The notes under the pieces were generated by a model that was not told where the DNA came from, ran no database searches, and worked only from the letters and a program-made list of their open reading frames with translations. DNA of 61,276 bases, counting the filler, from Globobulimina sp. (taxonomy: Eukaryota), in NCBI GenBank assembly GCA_003354225.1. It is 19 parts of 19 records of this genome, joined end to end, with 100 filler letters (N's around TTAATTAATTAA, not from the genome) between each part and the next. Parts side by side here need not be neighbours in the genome. Positions count along the whole stretch, not along the records: positions 1 to 3,132 come from PIVH01003633.1; positions 3,233 to 6,364 come from PIVH01003634.1; positions 6,465 to 9,596 come from PIVH01003635.1; positions 9,697 to 12,828 come from PIVH01003636.1; 15 more parts are not named here. The stretch is one strand, 5' to 3'. How positions within the stretch are numbered: position 1 is the stretch's first letter; the number at the start of each line of letters is the position of its first letter. Positions 1 to 11,272 of the stretch are shown in pieces. The translations under genes and the position numbers were made by a program.

Positions 1-580
1 TGAATGGGTTATAATTCTTGTTTGTAGCAAGTGTGCTGACTGCAGAGGCCTGATTGGTGAGTATTATATGGTGGTCATTGCCCAATAATGAGTTTCTGAA
101 TGGTATGGAAGTGGCAGTTTTGGATTTGCTGTGGGTTTTGGACAGTAATAAGCCCGCCGAAGGCGAGGAGGATAGGGCGGAGGGCGAGACTGTGTGTGAA
201 TGGATGGAGTTTTCATTGGGTAATATATGAATATCTTGGCGATTATTGGCCAGACTGTTGGGTTTGAATTTATTTTGATATTTGAGGATGTTGTGTTGTA
301 CGCGGATATCTTCTGAGGATAGGAACTGTAGCAAGGCGAATAACTCTTTGTTGCGCCCTTTGTATGATTGGTACCGAATGTATAGATGTTCATATTTTTT
401 CTGTGTTATAGTGTTTGTTGTTTTTGTATCTTTGTTGTTGCTCTGTGTTTTTGATGGACAAACACAAACCTTTAGTTTGGAATATTTGGTGGTGAGTTGC
501 TGACAAATTTGGTAGTATTTGTTTCTCGAATCTTTGCAGCTCGACAGTTTCTCATCAATTTCACGCGCATAGGCAAGCAT
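1..580 (-). CDS. Hypothetical protein, 3'-truncated at window start
   Basis: Minus-strand frame is open from 688 to 2 (absent from the ORF track because it has no stop). ATG at 580: MLAYAREIDEKLSSCKDSRNKYYQICQQL...SPSALSSSPSAG. No domain recognised. Confidence 0.45.
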   Translation of the reverse strand, partial: MLAYAREIDEKLSSCKDSRNKYYQICQQLTTKYSKLKVCVCPSKTQSNNKDTKTTNTITQKKYEHLYIRYQSYKGRNKELFALLQFLSSEDIRVQHNILKYQNKFKPNSLANNRQDIHILPNENSIHSHTVSPSALSSSPSAGLLLSKTHSKSKTATSIPFRNSLLGNDHHIILTNQASAVSTLATNKNYNPF

Positions 581-919
581 TTGATCACGACTTGAAATGA
601 TATTATGTACATATTGCAAATGTATCACAAAATACGGATAATTAGATGTGGCATTATACGCCGTTGTGACAGATTGGCAATATGTTACTTAACTATATAT
701 TGATTTTAAGGCTGATTTCCTGGTTGATTATATTCAGGATTTCATTGAGTATGTTTGTTGGTAGAGACGTTATAAATGAGTTCGTTCTGAAACGTGCAGC
801 CGTCACAGGTTGGTGAAAGTCCATGTTGCTGACTTCCAAAAGTTTTAATATAAGAGTTTTTTATTCAAAACAACATCTTCGACACCATCCAGGCAACCAT
901 CAAGCAACCATATACAAAA

Positions 920-2389
920 ATGATTAAAATAATATTTTTATCATTGTTTACAATGTCTAAATTATCACACGGGTTCACAACGCAATATTCTTTACAGGCA
1001 CCAGTCACACCACCAGGCCAAGAATTTGGTGCCTTTGGCCAATTGTGTCCTAATCCTGTTGCTGGACAAGTTAACTGTGCAACAACAACAGATACAGCAA
1101 CGGCTTCTGTCATAGATCCTGGATTTTTAAATTGTGGTAAACCAAATGATTGTTGTTTATGCGCATCCATAGAGTGTGGTTCCGCGACCACTCCATGTGA
1201 TACGCTTGCATTTGGTGAAAATGCAGCGTTTGGTGTTAAAGCAATTAACGTTATTGGCGGCGGTGTGGAGGGTGCTTCTATTGACTGTATCGGTTAAGTA
1301 ATAATTTTATTTATAATATATATATTAATTCATCATACTGTACCACCCCCAACAATATAGGAAGTACATCATGTGCCGATACACACATTACTGCGTTTGC
1401 AGCAGCAGAGCTATCGTGCGCCGGTGAGTATGCGTGTTATGGTGCATCCATGACATTTGATACTCCGTTTACTGGATTTGGAGTTGAATGCCCAGGTTTG
1501 TTTACATTCTACATTTCAATCATTTGTATGTAACTACAATTAAATAACAAAAACGTGTACGTAGTGAAAGGAGCCTGTGAAGGATTGGCGATGGAATTAT
1601 TTTTCCCACCGCCAGCAAGTGGCGTTGTATGTGACCCAGAAACGAGTACGGATATTATATTAGGAGGAGTTGAATGTTTTGCACCTGAATCCTGCTCAAA
1701 TTTACAATTTATAGTTAATAATCAAGGCTGTGATCGAGTGATAATTGAAGCCATACTATGTCCCGATGGTGCTTGTGCTGGTTTGTCACAGTAATTTGTT
1801 TTGTTTTAGATACAAATTAAAACGTTTTTGCAAATGTATACGTAATAATTTAAAAGGTGCGATCTTTGGCTTTATTGGTGACGTTGCCGTTGAATATTGT
1901 GAATTACCAGCCAGCGGAGCGCAGCCGTTTGGAATTGAGAGATGTTTTCTCAATTTACCAGAATTAGCATGTATTGGTGGCGAGTGTCAAAATCAGGTGA
2001 GAACATTAGTGGATCCAATGAATAATTTTGAGTTAATATGTGAGGGGCCTTCTGCCTGTTTAATGGCGGAATATACGATTGAGATAACTGCGTTAGCTCC
2101 GGAGCCAGTGCATTTTTTACGTATTTTATGTACTGCGACGAATGCGTGTCAAAATGCGAAATTTGTTGTTGCTAATTTTGCGCTAGAAACAGTTTTTGTT
2201 TCTATTGACTGTGTTGGTAAATTTGCATGCGATGGAACAGTTTTTGAAGGTGGTGCCGGAATAACTTTTGAACCGGTTATATGTGAAAATCGTTTATTTT
2301 GTGAAGGTTGTACGTATAACGGCGTTCCATGTGACGTGCCGGCAAATATACCAAACCCACAAATTCCAAATGGACCAATTGCTGTTTAA
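920..2389 (+). CDS. Secreted cysteine-rich repeat protein, 4 exons
   Basis: Signal-peptide-like N-terminus. GT-AG introns 1293-1360, 1496-1564 and 1781-1856 join the frames into one protein with recurring C-x-G-x2-(A/S)C motifs (CIGSTSC, CAGEYAC, CEGPSAC, CVGKFAC). Confidence 0.8.
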
Positions 2390-2757
2390 ATCATTATTAT
2401 TGCTTTCTATTTGTCGTAATATATATTCAATGTATTATTTTTTTATTATTTCTTTATTAGTTTAATTTGTAGCACTGATTGTTATATTTTTTCTTAATTA
2501 TTTTTTTCTGTTAGTGATTTATTTTATTTATTCTGAGTTGGTTTTACTACTTTCACAAATATCATTACGTGCATTGTTTGTTAACGAGTTGTAACAACAT
2601 TGGATTTTTGTAGATTACATAACTACTAATATACTAATATTTTATTAGTCATGTGATAAACAGAAATTTGCATTTCAGTTTTTTTTTCATAAACACAAAC
2701 TCACATTTTCTTTTTTCTTCACATTTCCCAAAAACAACGAACGACCATACCATCAAT

Positions 2758-3132
2758 ATGGAGGAGAAAAAAGAAGAAATAAAGGAAGAGTTGAAACAAG
2801 AGCAACAGTTCCAATATGAAGTTATACCAACATTAACATCTGATCAATTATCATCATTCAGCAAAAAATTCCAAGAGGTTTATAATTATAAATGTAAATA
2901 CGAGTTAAACGATAAAGGTTCGGTCACGTTTTATCCAGCACCACATGTTACAAAAGATGAATATGGCTCAAAAGTATTTAAAACTGATGCATTATGTAAT
3001 TCACATTTTGTTCGTGATAAAGTGGATAAATTAGAAGCTGTAAATGATTGGAATGAACAAGTAATTATTGATGATGATATTTGTAGTTTTATAACGTGTT
3101 GCAGTAAAGCATGGAGTCGACATTATCCGTTA
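2758..3132 (+). CDS. DUF4419-like protein, 3'-truncated
   Basis: Ends in SFITCCSKAWSRHYPL at the contig edge, resembling the F-x5-A(W/Y)-x2-HYPL N-terminal motif of DUF4419. Confidence 0.55.
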
Positions 3133-3232
3133 NNNNNNNNNNNNNNNNNNNNNNNNNNNNNNNNNNNNNNNNNNNNTTAATTAATTAANNNNNNNNNNNN
3201 NNNNNNNNNNNNNNNNNNNNNNNNNNNNNNNN
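3133..3232. other. Artificial contig linker (first of 18)
   Basis: 44 N + TTAATTAATTAA (stops in all six frames) + 44 N. Repeated at 6365, 9597, 12829, 16061, 19292, 22523, 25754, 28984, 32214, 35444, 38674, 41904, 45133, 48362, 51591, 54820 and 58049. Confidence 0.99.
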
Positions 3233-3366
3233 GAGGAAAGAAAGGAGGGGAGGCTAGTTCCGGTGGCGGTCGGCAAAAAGGAAGCATTGTTTTAACATCA
3301 GAGAGAACATTAAAACCATGGGTTAATCTCGGGATTAGCAGGTCTTCCTATTATAGGCGGAAGTAG
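3233..3366 (+). CDS. rep: Plasmid replication initiator (ColE2-type Replicase/PriCT family), C-terminal fragment
   Basis: Translates GKKGGEASSGGGRQKGSIVLTSERTLKPWVNLGISRSSYYRRK*, matching the GKKGG..S.GGGR and KPW..LGISR..YYRR tail of this family. Confidence 0.75.
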
Positions 3367-3955
3367 ATTTATCTATCAGACTGTCTATATGAGATTTTCT
3401 TTTTTGTATTTTTTTGTTTTCAATTGGTATCTCATTCTTTTTCGTTGGGTACTTTAATCTTGCAATCATTTCGCTTGGGTCCAACAGCTCATTAATTTCC
3501 AAGTTAAAGAATCCTACTTTCATGTGACCAAAATAACCACTATATAGATATGTTTGCCAAATTATTTTTTTGTCCTTCACTCTGTTAAATAGTAAAATAG
3601 ATATTACTTGCTCTCTTATTTTCCTTCTTAGTGTTCTCTCGTAGCGACTAGTTATTGTCCTTACTAGTTGTTGTTCTATTGTGCTCCCCCCTTGAGTTAT
3701 TTTTTTTGTAGACCTTACATAAATACATCTCATTATGGCTATTGGGTCTACTCCATAATGCGTTTCGCTCCTATGGTCTTCGGCTAGCAGCAGTACGCGC
3801 AGGTAAATCTCATCTATTTTTGATGATTTATCCCTGTTTTTATTTATGTATTCAATGCATAAATTCAGATCTCTATTTATGCTTTTTTTTCTATGAAAAA
3901 TAAATCCAAGTAAAAAATAAGGTAGTGATAATATAGTTATTAATGCTTTGATTTT
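3335..3955 (-). CDS. Small membrane-anchored transglycosylase-domain (GT51) protein
   Basis: Frame is open upstream of the listed ATG to 3955: TM segment LITILSLPYFLLGFIF, then AEDHRSETHYGVDPIAIMR (motif 1), QGGSTIEQQLVR (motif 2), RKIRE (motif 3), YLYSGYFG. There is no ATG before motif 1, so the start is uncertain. Confidence 0.8.
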   Translation of the reverse strand, partial: KIKALITILSLPYFLLGFIFHRKKSINRDLNLCIEYINKNRDKSSKIDEIYLRVLLLAEDHRSETHYGVDPIAIMRCIYVRSTKKITQGGSTIEQQLVRTITSRYERTLRRKIREQVISILLFNRVKDKKIIWQTYLYSGYFGHMKVGFFNLEINELLDPSEMIARLKYPTKKNEIPIENKKIQKRKSHIDSLIDKSTSAYNRKTC

Positions 3956-4131
3956 TTACTCGATATCTCTTTAAATTTATCGTCTTGGAAAACAGCCAAA
4001 CCAGAGGCATCAGCAGCTGTTGTTTTAAACTCACCATCTGTTTGTCTCTTCGCTTTTTTTAGGCTAGCAATCAGAGAGCTTCCTCTTTGTTCTCCTTTAG
4101 GATCTCCCAGGAACGTTATGTGAATGCTCAT
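3940..4131 (-). CDS. Small hypothetical bacterial protein (63 aa)
   Basis: MSIHITFLGDPKGEQRGSSLIASLKKAKRQ...; its stop overlaps the beginning of the transglycosylase frame, as in an operon. Confidence 0.5.
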   Translation of the reverse strand: MSIHITFLGDPKGEQRGSSLIASLKKAKRQTDGEFKTTAADASGLAVFQDDKFKEISSKKSKH

Positions 4132-4163
4132 TTTGTTTCTTATTAAATAATACCTTTCTATTG

Positions 4164-4829
4164 TTAGCAAAACATCGCCAACATTTCTGTTTCTACCCGT
4201 ATTAATTGCGCAGTTTGTTCATATTCTTTCTTCTCATTTTCTTCTAAACGTATGGCAGCATTTAAATGTGTATTTATTATACTTTCTGTAAATTCTACCT
4301 TGTTTAATTGGAGTGTATACTCAGGCACCACTATGAATACCTGGTCAGCCAATGCGACGGATACATTATGCGCAATGGCAGCGGTTATCGCTGACCGTTC
4401 TGATAAGAAATCATTTACACTGAACATGCCGGCCGTATTTCGTATGACAGCACGCGAAATTGATCTTATTTGGGTCTCATAATTTAAACCATATTTTGAA
4501 TACATTTCTGATAAATTTTCTTGTTGTAATTTGTACCAAAATGAAATATCAATACCCAATGATACACCCTCTTCATTTGATACACTTAAATCTAACTCAA
4601 TCAACTGATATAAGGCTGGAAATACGACTTTTTTCTTGTCAAAGCCCCAAACATATCGACCAACATCATATGCTTGACTTTGATCCACTGTATTTGTAAT
4701 AGTTGATTTTTTAAATGCATATTCGTCCCATTCTACGTAAGCAAATGAAGTAATAAACATTATTAATAAAATTAGGAATACGATAGCACCACAAATTAAC
4801 GATGTCCAACAACAGAAACCTTTGGCCAT
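4164..4829 (-). CDS. SPFH/Band-7 (prohibitin-like) membrane protein, probably 3'-truncated
   Basis: N-terminal TM, then SPFH core (GRYVWGF, IDISFWYKL, YSKYGLNYETQIRSISRAVIR, FLSERSAI). Stops just after the coiled-coil begins, at the junction with bacterial DNA. Confidence 0.8.
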   Translation of the reverse strand: MAKGFCCWTSLICGAIVFLILLIMFITSFAYVEWDEYAFKKSTITNTVDQSQAYDVGRYVWGFDKKKVVFPALYQLIELDLSVSNEEGVSLGIDISFWYKLQQENLSEMYSKYGLNYETQIRSISRAVIRNTAGMFSVNDFLSERSAITAAIAHNVSVALADQVFIVVPEYTLQLNKVEFTESIINTHLNAAIRLEENEKKEYEQTAQLIRVETEMLAMFC

Positions 4830-4956
4830 TATTCAACTCAGTTGTCACTCGATGTAGCTAAAAACTTTTTGGCAACAAAAAAGATTTTAATTAAATTAAC
4901 TTAGCCAACAAATACAAATTTAAATAAACACGTAAACACTCGAAACGAAACAAAAA

Positions 4957-6364
4957 TCAGTATTTTTTGTGCGTCTTTAATTTAATACTGCCTTTGTGAT
5001 GAACCACGGTTATATCCAAATTGTCCAATGCTTTAACTATTTTGCGTTTGATTTGATTATTATTCAATATATTTTCATGAATATCAAATGAAAATGATTT
5101 GTTAAGTGACCTACTTTTTTGCTTCTCCACTCCGCCCGTATATTTATCATCAGTCTCTATTTTCAGATTCTTTCTTTTCAAAAAAACATATCTATACCAA
5201 TAGGATAATGGTGCCACACACATAAAAACAACGACAACCACGCTCCAAATCTGTACTCGCCACACAATTTGTTCTGAAAAAGTAGTCGAATGAACTTTAA
5301 AACCAAAATCAATGCCATATGTAGCAGCTAACCAATGTATAAACCTCTCCATTGGCATTACTGTCCACCATACCGCATAAATAAACAAATCAAATAACAC
5401 TCTCGACACATAATCATTAATATAGACGTTGCCATTATGTGTTATCTGTTTTATCAATGACCGCCATAACACAACACCAGGCCCATTACCATGCAAAATA
5501 CAGGCTGTACCATTGGTTATTTTTGATCGTATCAGCACAGACGAAGGAGTTATTTGAGTATCAATATTAATCTCGAAGTCCATAAACTTCATTCCTCCCA
5601 TTGATACAAACAAATCATTGGTATAATCCAGTTTCATTGTTATATTTTTGTAGAATTGATGCAATTCCGCGTTGTGTTGCGCAAAATAACGTTTTGATAT
5701 TGTACCATCTTTGGATTTGGCCCCATTGACATCGTTGATATCAATAACAGGGAAATCGGATTTTTGCTGCTCATATTCATGATATTTAGTTAATTCTACA
5801 AAATAAGAGGTATAACATCGTTGATCTGACTGACTATCTGTACTAAATTCATTACCTTCGAAATCATTACACGAACCATTGCCAATAGAAACTAAATTTT
5901 GTACTCTGCGAAGCATTGACAACATGGCATCATGTCTGCCCATAATAGCACCGCTATTCGGACATAAAAACCATGGGAAAAATATATGTTTTTCCTTTTC
6001 GGTACGAGTCAATCGTTTATGTAGAAATGAATCGACATTTGGATCAGGCCAACAATCTTTGCCGGTGGCCATCACAATGTCGGCATTAAATGCCTTAAAT
6101 TTGCGCAATAAATCATTGGCTGTGCAAATAGGGACTGTGTCATACGCGTCTAATATGAGAATAATGTTATTAGTGTGTATATTGTCCATTGATTCAATGG
6201 ATTCGAGAAAACCATCGATTTTATCATTAAACCCGTTCCAAGGTTTATCAATTCCGATGAGTTGTAAATCCAAATCATATCTTTCAGAAAATGATATTAA
6301 ATGATGTGCAGGAATAGTACCAGTTGCATAACCTATCAGTTTTAATTTCTGTGGTTTGGGTGGC
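4957..6364 (-). CDS. PLOD/LH3-like glycosyltransferase domain protein with C-terminal TM, 5'-truncated
   Basis: Motifs ILILDAYD, FKAFNADIVM..KDCWPD, PNSGAIMG, SDQRCYT, KLDY...LF and ILHGNG; frame open to the contig edge. Confidence 0.75.
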
Positions 6365-6464
6365 NNNNNNNNNNNNNNNNNNNNNNNNNNNNNNNNNNNN
6401 NNNNNNNNTTAATTAATTAANNNNNNNNNNNNNNNNNNNNNNNNNNNNNNNNNNNNNNNNNNNN

Positions 6465-8501
6465 CCTGGATCGACTTATTTAACAATGCTAATATTTCAT
6501 GCAATTTTTCCGAAATAATTTTTTCATTTTGTAACTTATTTCTATTTTTATTCCCATCAAACACCGAATTCCATAACTCATCGTCATTCAACATCACATT
6601 AAAAGACTTCCGCAACTCACCGGATATATTTATTTCATAATGCGCGCCTTCTTCGATATACTTTTCATACAATAACTTGGCTTTGGTCTGAAATGGCTTC
6701 AAATCGCCATAAACGCCTTTCGATTTACGCCGGTGATGAGAGTGTGAATGGGAATGCGAGTTTGAATGTGACCGTTGTACATGCAATGAATCACTGCTAT
6801 TACGGTGTATTTGTATGGGTATCGGTATGGAGGGCAACTTGCAAACATCTGACTTTTGCGAAGATGTATTGGTCAAAGTTAAAACTGGCAGCGCATTGTC
6901 AACGGTTATAAGGATATGATCAATCGGTTTGCTCTCCGGCGTGATATGCAATGTAGTCGTATGAATACGCGATGGTTGCGGTGATGGGTCTTTTTTATTA
7001 CTATGCGTATCTGCTAACGGTGGCGGCGGTGTTTTGCTAAATATATTTTGTATCATTGGCGGAATGTGTTTCTGAAACACCACATTAATGCCTTTCGCGT
7101 CATGCTCACTGTCGTGGTTTTTGTCTGTTTTTGAGCCATAAACGATTAATGATTTAGGGATATCTGGTGGCAATTTGACGAGTTCCCTGCGATAGTCATG
7201 TTTGGTGGACAGGTAATCATTGAAATTATTGATGCAATATTCAGTGTATTCTGTAAATTCGACAATGGCCAATAAACATTCCACTGTATACAATGCAAGT
7301 TATTGCTATGTTATGTACGCTAATGCGTGTATATAGGATATAAAATGTCAAAGCGGTCTTAAAAACGTAGAAACGTATTTCTTTTACATGCTTGTTGTTT
7401 ACATCTGAATGTGCAGAAATGTTATAGCACTAAAAAAATATTAACTAAACTGGAGAACTCGTGAGCTAAATGGCTCATAAATGTATGAAACATAATGGAA
7501 TCTTCAAGCAGTTGGGTGAGAGAGATACGTTTATGTTTGGCAGCAGATTTGTGATGCGGTGTTGGGAGAGAATTAGTGGCCGTTAATTGTAGTGGCGGAT
7601 TGACATTATTTGATTGATTCTGTGCAGCTACAAATGCTTGTAACTGTAAAAGCGGTGAAAGGGATACTTTATTTTTATAAAATACCATAAAAGTCATAAC
7701 AATGATAATACAGAAATGTACCATACAAATGATATGCGACTCGATGAGAGTTAACAGCTCATATTCAAACTGCAGACATAAACATAACACAGAAAATGTA
7801 ACATTGGTTGCAAATAAAATGAATAAAACGATGAATATATATTTTGTGGCGTTGTGAATCCAAAATGTGTCGTGAAAGGAAGGAGTATTGAACCATAGAT
7901 ATATGATAAAAGAGTAAGGGATGGCGACCATAATAATATCCATACTCCACAAATGGACGTAGTATGATTCTGTGGCTGCATACACCTGCAATCTGATAAG
8001 GATACTAATCGCAACACTGATGGCATACAGTGGTAATATTATATACATTGCAATGAATTTAGTGTTTCCCCATTTTGAGCGGTTGATTAGATACCAATTC
8101 TTTGCGAGATACTCGCAATTGATGACTGAGCGCCATTTGTTATTCATAGAGGCGCGGACAAATTGGATGTCATAGCGGATGATCCAGAAACGCCACAACA
8201 ATGAATATACCAAACCGTATAAAATTATTGGATATGTTAAAGTGGTGGAAATGTTTAGAATTATGGAGTTTGCTGATATATTACAAATATAATAAAGTGT
8301 CCATAATACGCGATCGATGCAGATATGACTGAGACAGAGAGATAACACGATTAATGTCATTGTAACATGGCGTTTTGCGATGGCGGAGACAAATCGGTAT
8401 TTATAAAATAAATGTATTCCATATAAAGAAAGTGGAAAATAGATGCCCAACCAAAGGGCGATCGAGGACCAACCCACCCAGGTCGGCACTGTGTAATCCA
8501 T
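6465..8501 (-). CDS. 7TM-RGS protein, 3'-truncated
   Basis: About seven hydrophobic segments, then an RGS domain (LTQLLEDSIMFHTFMSHLAHEFS/MECLLAIVEF ... LYEKYIEEGAHYEINISGELR). Intron 7284-7450 restores EFSMECLL. Confidence 0.8.
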
Positions 8502-8661
8502 TAATAATGCTCGTGACAACTGTGTCAGTGTGAAATGATTAAAGTTAGTTAGTACTTTACTTGAAAAACTATTTTAATAAATATTTTATTTTTTTCGGAG
8601 AATCGCTGCTGTTTATTTAGTTGTGTTGCATTACTTATTCTGACAAATAAATAGCAGATCA

Positions 8662-9596
8662 ATGTCAAAAAAACGTACATATGATGTGTTACACATCGAC
8701 GATAAGTCATTACCACCTCGCAAAAGAATAAGATTAGACAAACCATTGCGTAAAATGACTGTTTCCGAGCTCAAAAAAGAGATTAAAAAAAGAGATAAAA
8801 ATCAGAAACTTTCAAAATTAAAAAAAGCCGCGTTAAAATCAACATTATTTAAACAAATTCAATTATCAGAATCCGAAATTGATAAATTAAATAGAACTGA
8901 AATTGTGAATGAACTCAAAATGCATAATGCATATCAAAACACTGTGCGTAATGTCTCGGATCGATATCCGAAAAACGTTGACAGATCTTCATGGAATAGA
9001 AATGATTTGGCGGATTACTTAAAATATATCAATTCCACTCCAAATGTTCTCCATAAAGGATATATTGACGATTTCGGTGTTGATAATACGAAGCATATCA
9101 CCAAAAATGAAATGATGCAAATGCCATTGTACAAAATCCAACAAATTTATGGATCACCAACTCATACCACAAAACGTGACAATCTCTATGAAGGATTGCT
9201 AGCACTTTGGGAATGAAACAAAGATATATTAAACTTTTTTTTATTGAAAATAATGGGATATTTTCCATCAAACCAAAAATTATGCAAATAAAAGTAGAGA
9301 ATGATAAAGTTTTGAAATTTCGTGATTTAAATGAATTTATGAAAATGAGTTTATGTGAAATACAATCAATGCGTAGTAAAACAGAAGAAAGGCTGAGCGA
9401 ATATAACAAGAATTACAACAAGAATTACAACAAGAACAAGATAAATATATCAAAATATTACAAAATCATTTTTTTACTGCTGCAGGTAATGGAATGTTAA
9501 GCATTAAACAAGAAATGAAAGAAAATGATAAAGTTTTAGCATTTCATAATTGTTCTGAACGAGTAGCCATTTACCAGTGTTGGTCCCAAAAGTCAC
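8662..9596 (+). CDS. SAP/Rho-N-like helical repeat protein, broken by two frame changes
   Basis: LRKMTVSELKKEIKKR...SKLKKAAL and IDKLNRTEIVNELK resemble HeH/SAP motifs. Coding continues in -1 frames at about 9213 and 9475. Confidence 0.45.
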
Positions 9597-9696
9597 NNNN
9601 NNNNNNNNNNNNNNNNNNNNNNNNNNNNNNNNNNNNNNNNTTAATTAATTAANNNNNNNNNNNNNNNNNNNNNNNNNNNNNNNNNNNNNNNNNNNN

Positions 9697-9796
9697 CCTC
9701 AGGAATTATTATTGCGGGTGATTGTGTCATGTTGATATCGCATTGGGGATAAGCAGCAACAGTGAATAATACGAATGCATACGAGATAAAATCCAT
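9697..9796 (-). CDS. N-terminal fragment of a possibly secreted protein
   Basis: MDFISYAFVLFTVAAYPQCDINMTQSPAIIIPE runs into the contig edge; signal-peptide-like. Confidence 0.3.
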
Positions 9797-11272
9797 GATC
9801 GAGTGAGGAGGGATTATTTGGTTAGTGAAAAAGTTGAAGTTTTTTTATGGCAAATGAAAGTGTAATTTGACCATCTACTTTGAGCAAGGCGTTTATACCA
9901 AATATTATGTTATGGGTCGATCACCAATGAATATGTAGACACTTCAATCGATATCATATTTTCGCGGCTCTTGACAAGAAACTATTATTCGCAATATTAA
10001 AGTGGTTGAATTGGTGCTGCTTTGTATGAATTATACGCCAAATTCTTGAGAGTTTTATATCATCACAACCGGCAATTATTGGTGATACATGGCCGCCGGT
10101 CAAGGTAAATGATGTTTGGTTGGTATTAATATTATTATTCGCACAGTTGTAAATTTGTAATGGTGTAAATGATGTTGAATCATTATAATCAGCATTGGAC
10201 AAACAAAGTGGGATATAGTCCATCTAACATCCTTTCCAATTCCCTACCTCAAATACTCAAACAATCGAAAAAAGCATTGCGTTGATGTCAGACTCAGAAA
10301 ACAGGTATATATGTATGCTAATTATATAACAAATACCATTGCTATATTGGTCATGGCTATCCGTCATATGTATCATTTGGAGATAAGCGGAATATCGGTG
10401 ATACTTTCTTGGCTCATTCTGATTTTTATTGTTTCTATACATTGTCAACATCGATCCGTTAGCATCAACATTCACAAAATATTTTTACAACCACTTATTA
10501 GAAGGCGATACAGTTCAAAAATATTCGAATGTTTGCCTGCATGATGGATATCTGTTGGATGATACACCCAAACAACCAATCAATATGCGGCAGATTATAA
10601 ATCAATGGATGCCGCATATATACATTGTTGTGGATTGTGAGTATTGTTTGGCAAATCTGCCACAGCTCTAATGATAGGCGAAAGTTTCGTGATGGCATAT
10701 TTTTTACAGACATTAAAACAAAAATGTTGGAAAATCCGAGTCAGTCATTGTCGTCAATGATGTTGGAAGTGTTGGAAGAATGTGGCTGTGATTCTAATTT
10801 ATCAGAAAGCAAAAGTATATTTATGTGGCTGTGCTTATATTTGATGGTTTGGATGAATTGCAGTTTGAGAAAATAGTAAAATATTAATAACATCGCGTAC
10901 GTCAAAGATTGAGTTTCTTTGTTGGTGTAGAAAATAATCGTTATGCTTTAAAACAATTGAAACCAAAAAGTTGTGCCAAATTATGGGTTGAAACCAAAAG
11001 ATTATGTAATGAGTTTAGATGGGTATGTTGGTAAAACACATTGAAGATAGAAAGCAATATGATAATAAGTTTGATATTAATATTCCTTCTGGCATTGTAA
11101 AATTGATCGTTTGTTATAATGTTAAACATCCAGATCTTTTTGCTTGTACTGTTTTTCAGTCACTAGCTGTGATTGTGAATGACTCAACAATTAAACATTT
11201 ATTTCACAACGAGTATTAAATGACATAGACTTACTATGTTATTATAGGAAAAATGAGGGTGAACATGAAAAA

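Larger units (their letters stand above)
3233..4163. mobile_element. Bacterial small-plasmid fragment (ColE2-like replicon) fused to eukaryotic DNA
   Basis: Contains a Rep C-terminus, a transglycosylase ORF and a small overlapping ORF, all intronless and tightly packed; directly abuts the eukaryotic SPFH gene. Confidence 0.7.

Noticed and set aside
693-824. F-box-like upstream exon (SLPTNILNEIL) for the 1-580 gene
   Set aside because: It ends in TAG at 693-695, is out of frame with the downstream ORF and has no convincing intron to join them.
3177-3188. Regularly spaced TTAATTAATTAA as a biological repeat
   Set aside because: Always centred in 44+44 N; it is an artificial linker. ORF tails such as XXX-LIN are artefacts.
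3367-3400. ColE2-type origin immediately after rep (CTATCAGA)
   Set aside because: Only a short partial resemblance, and it lies inside the transglycosylase coding region.
9850-11219. Gene(s) among the many short overlapping ORFs
   Set aside because: Coding-like patches are broken by stops and frame changes; I could build no consistent exon chain or domain. Possibly a decayed gene.
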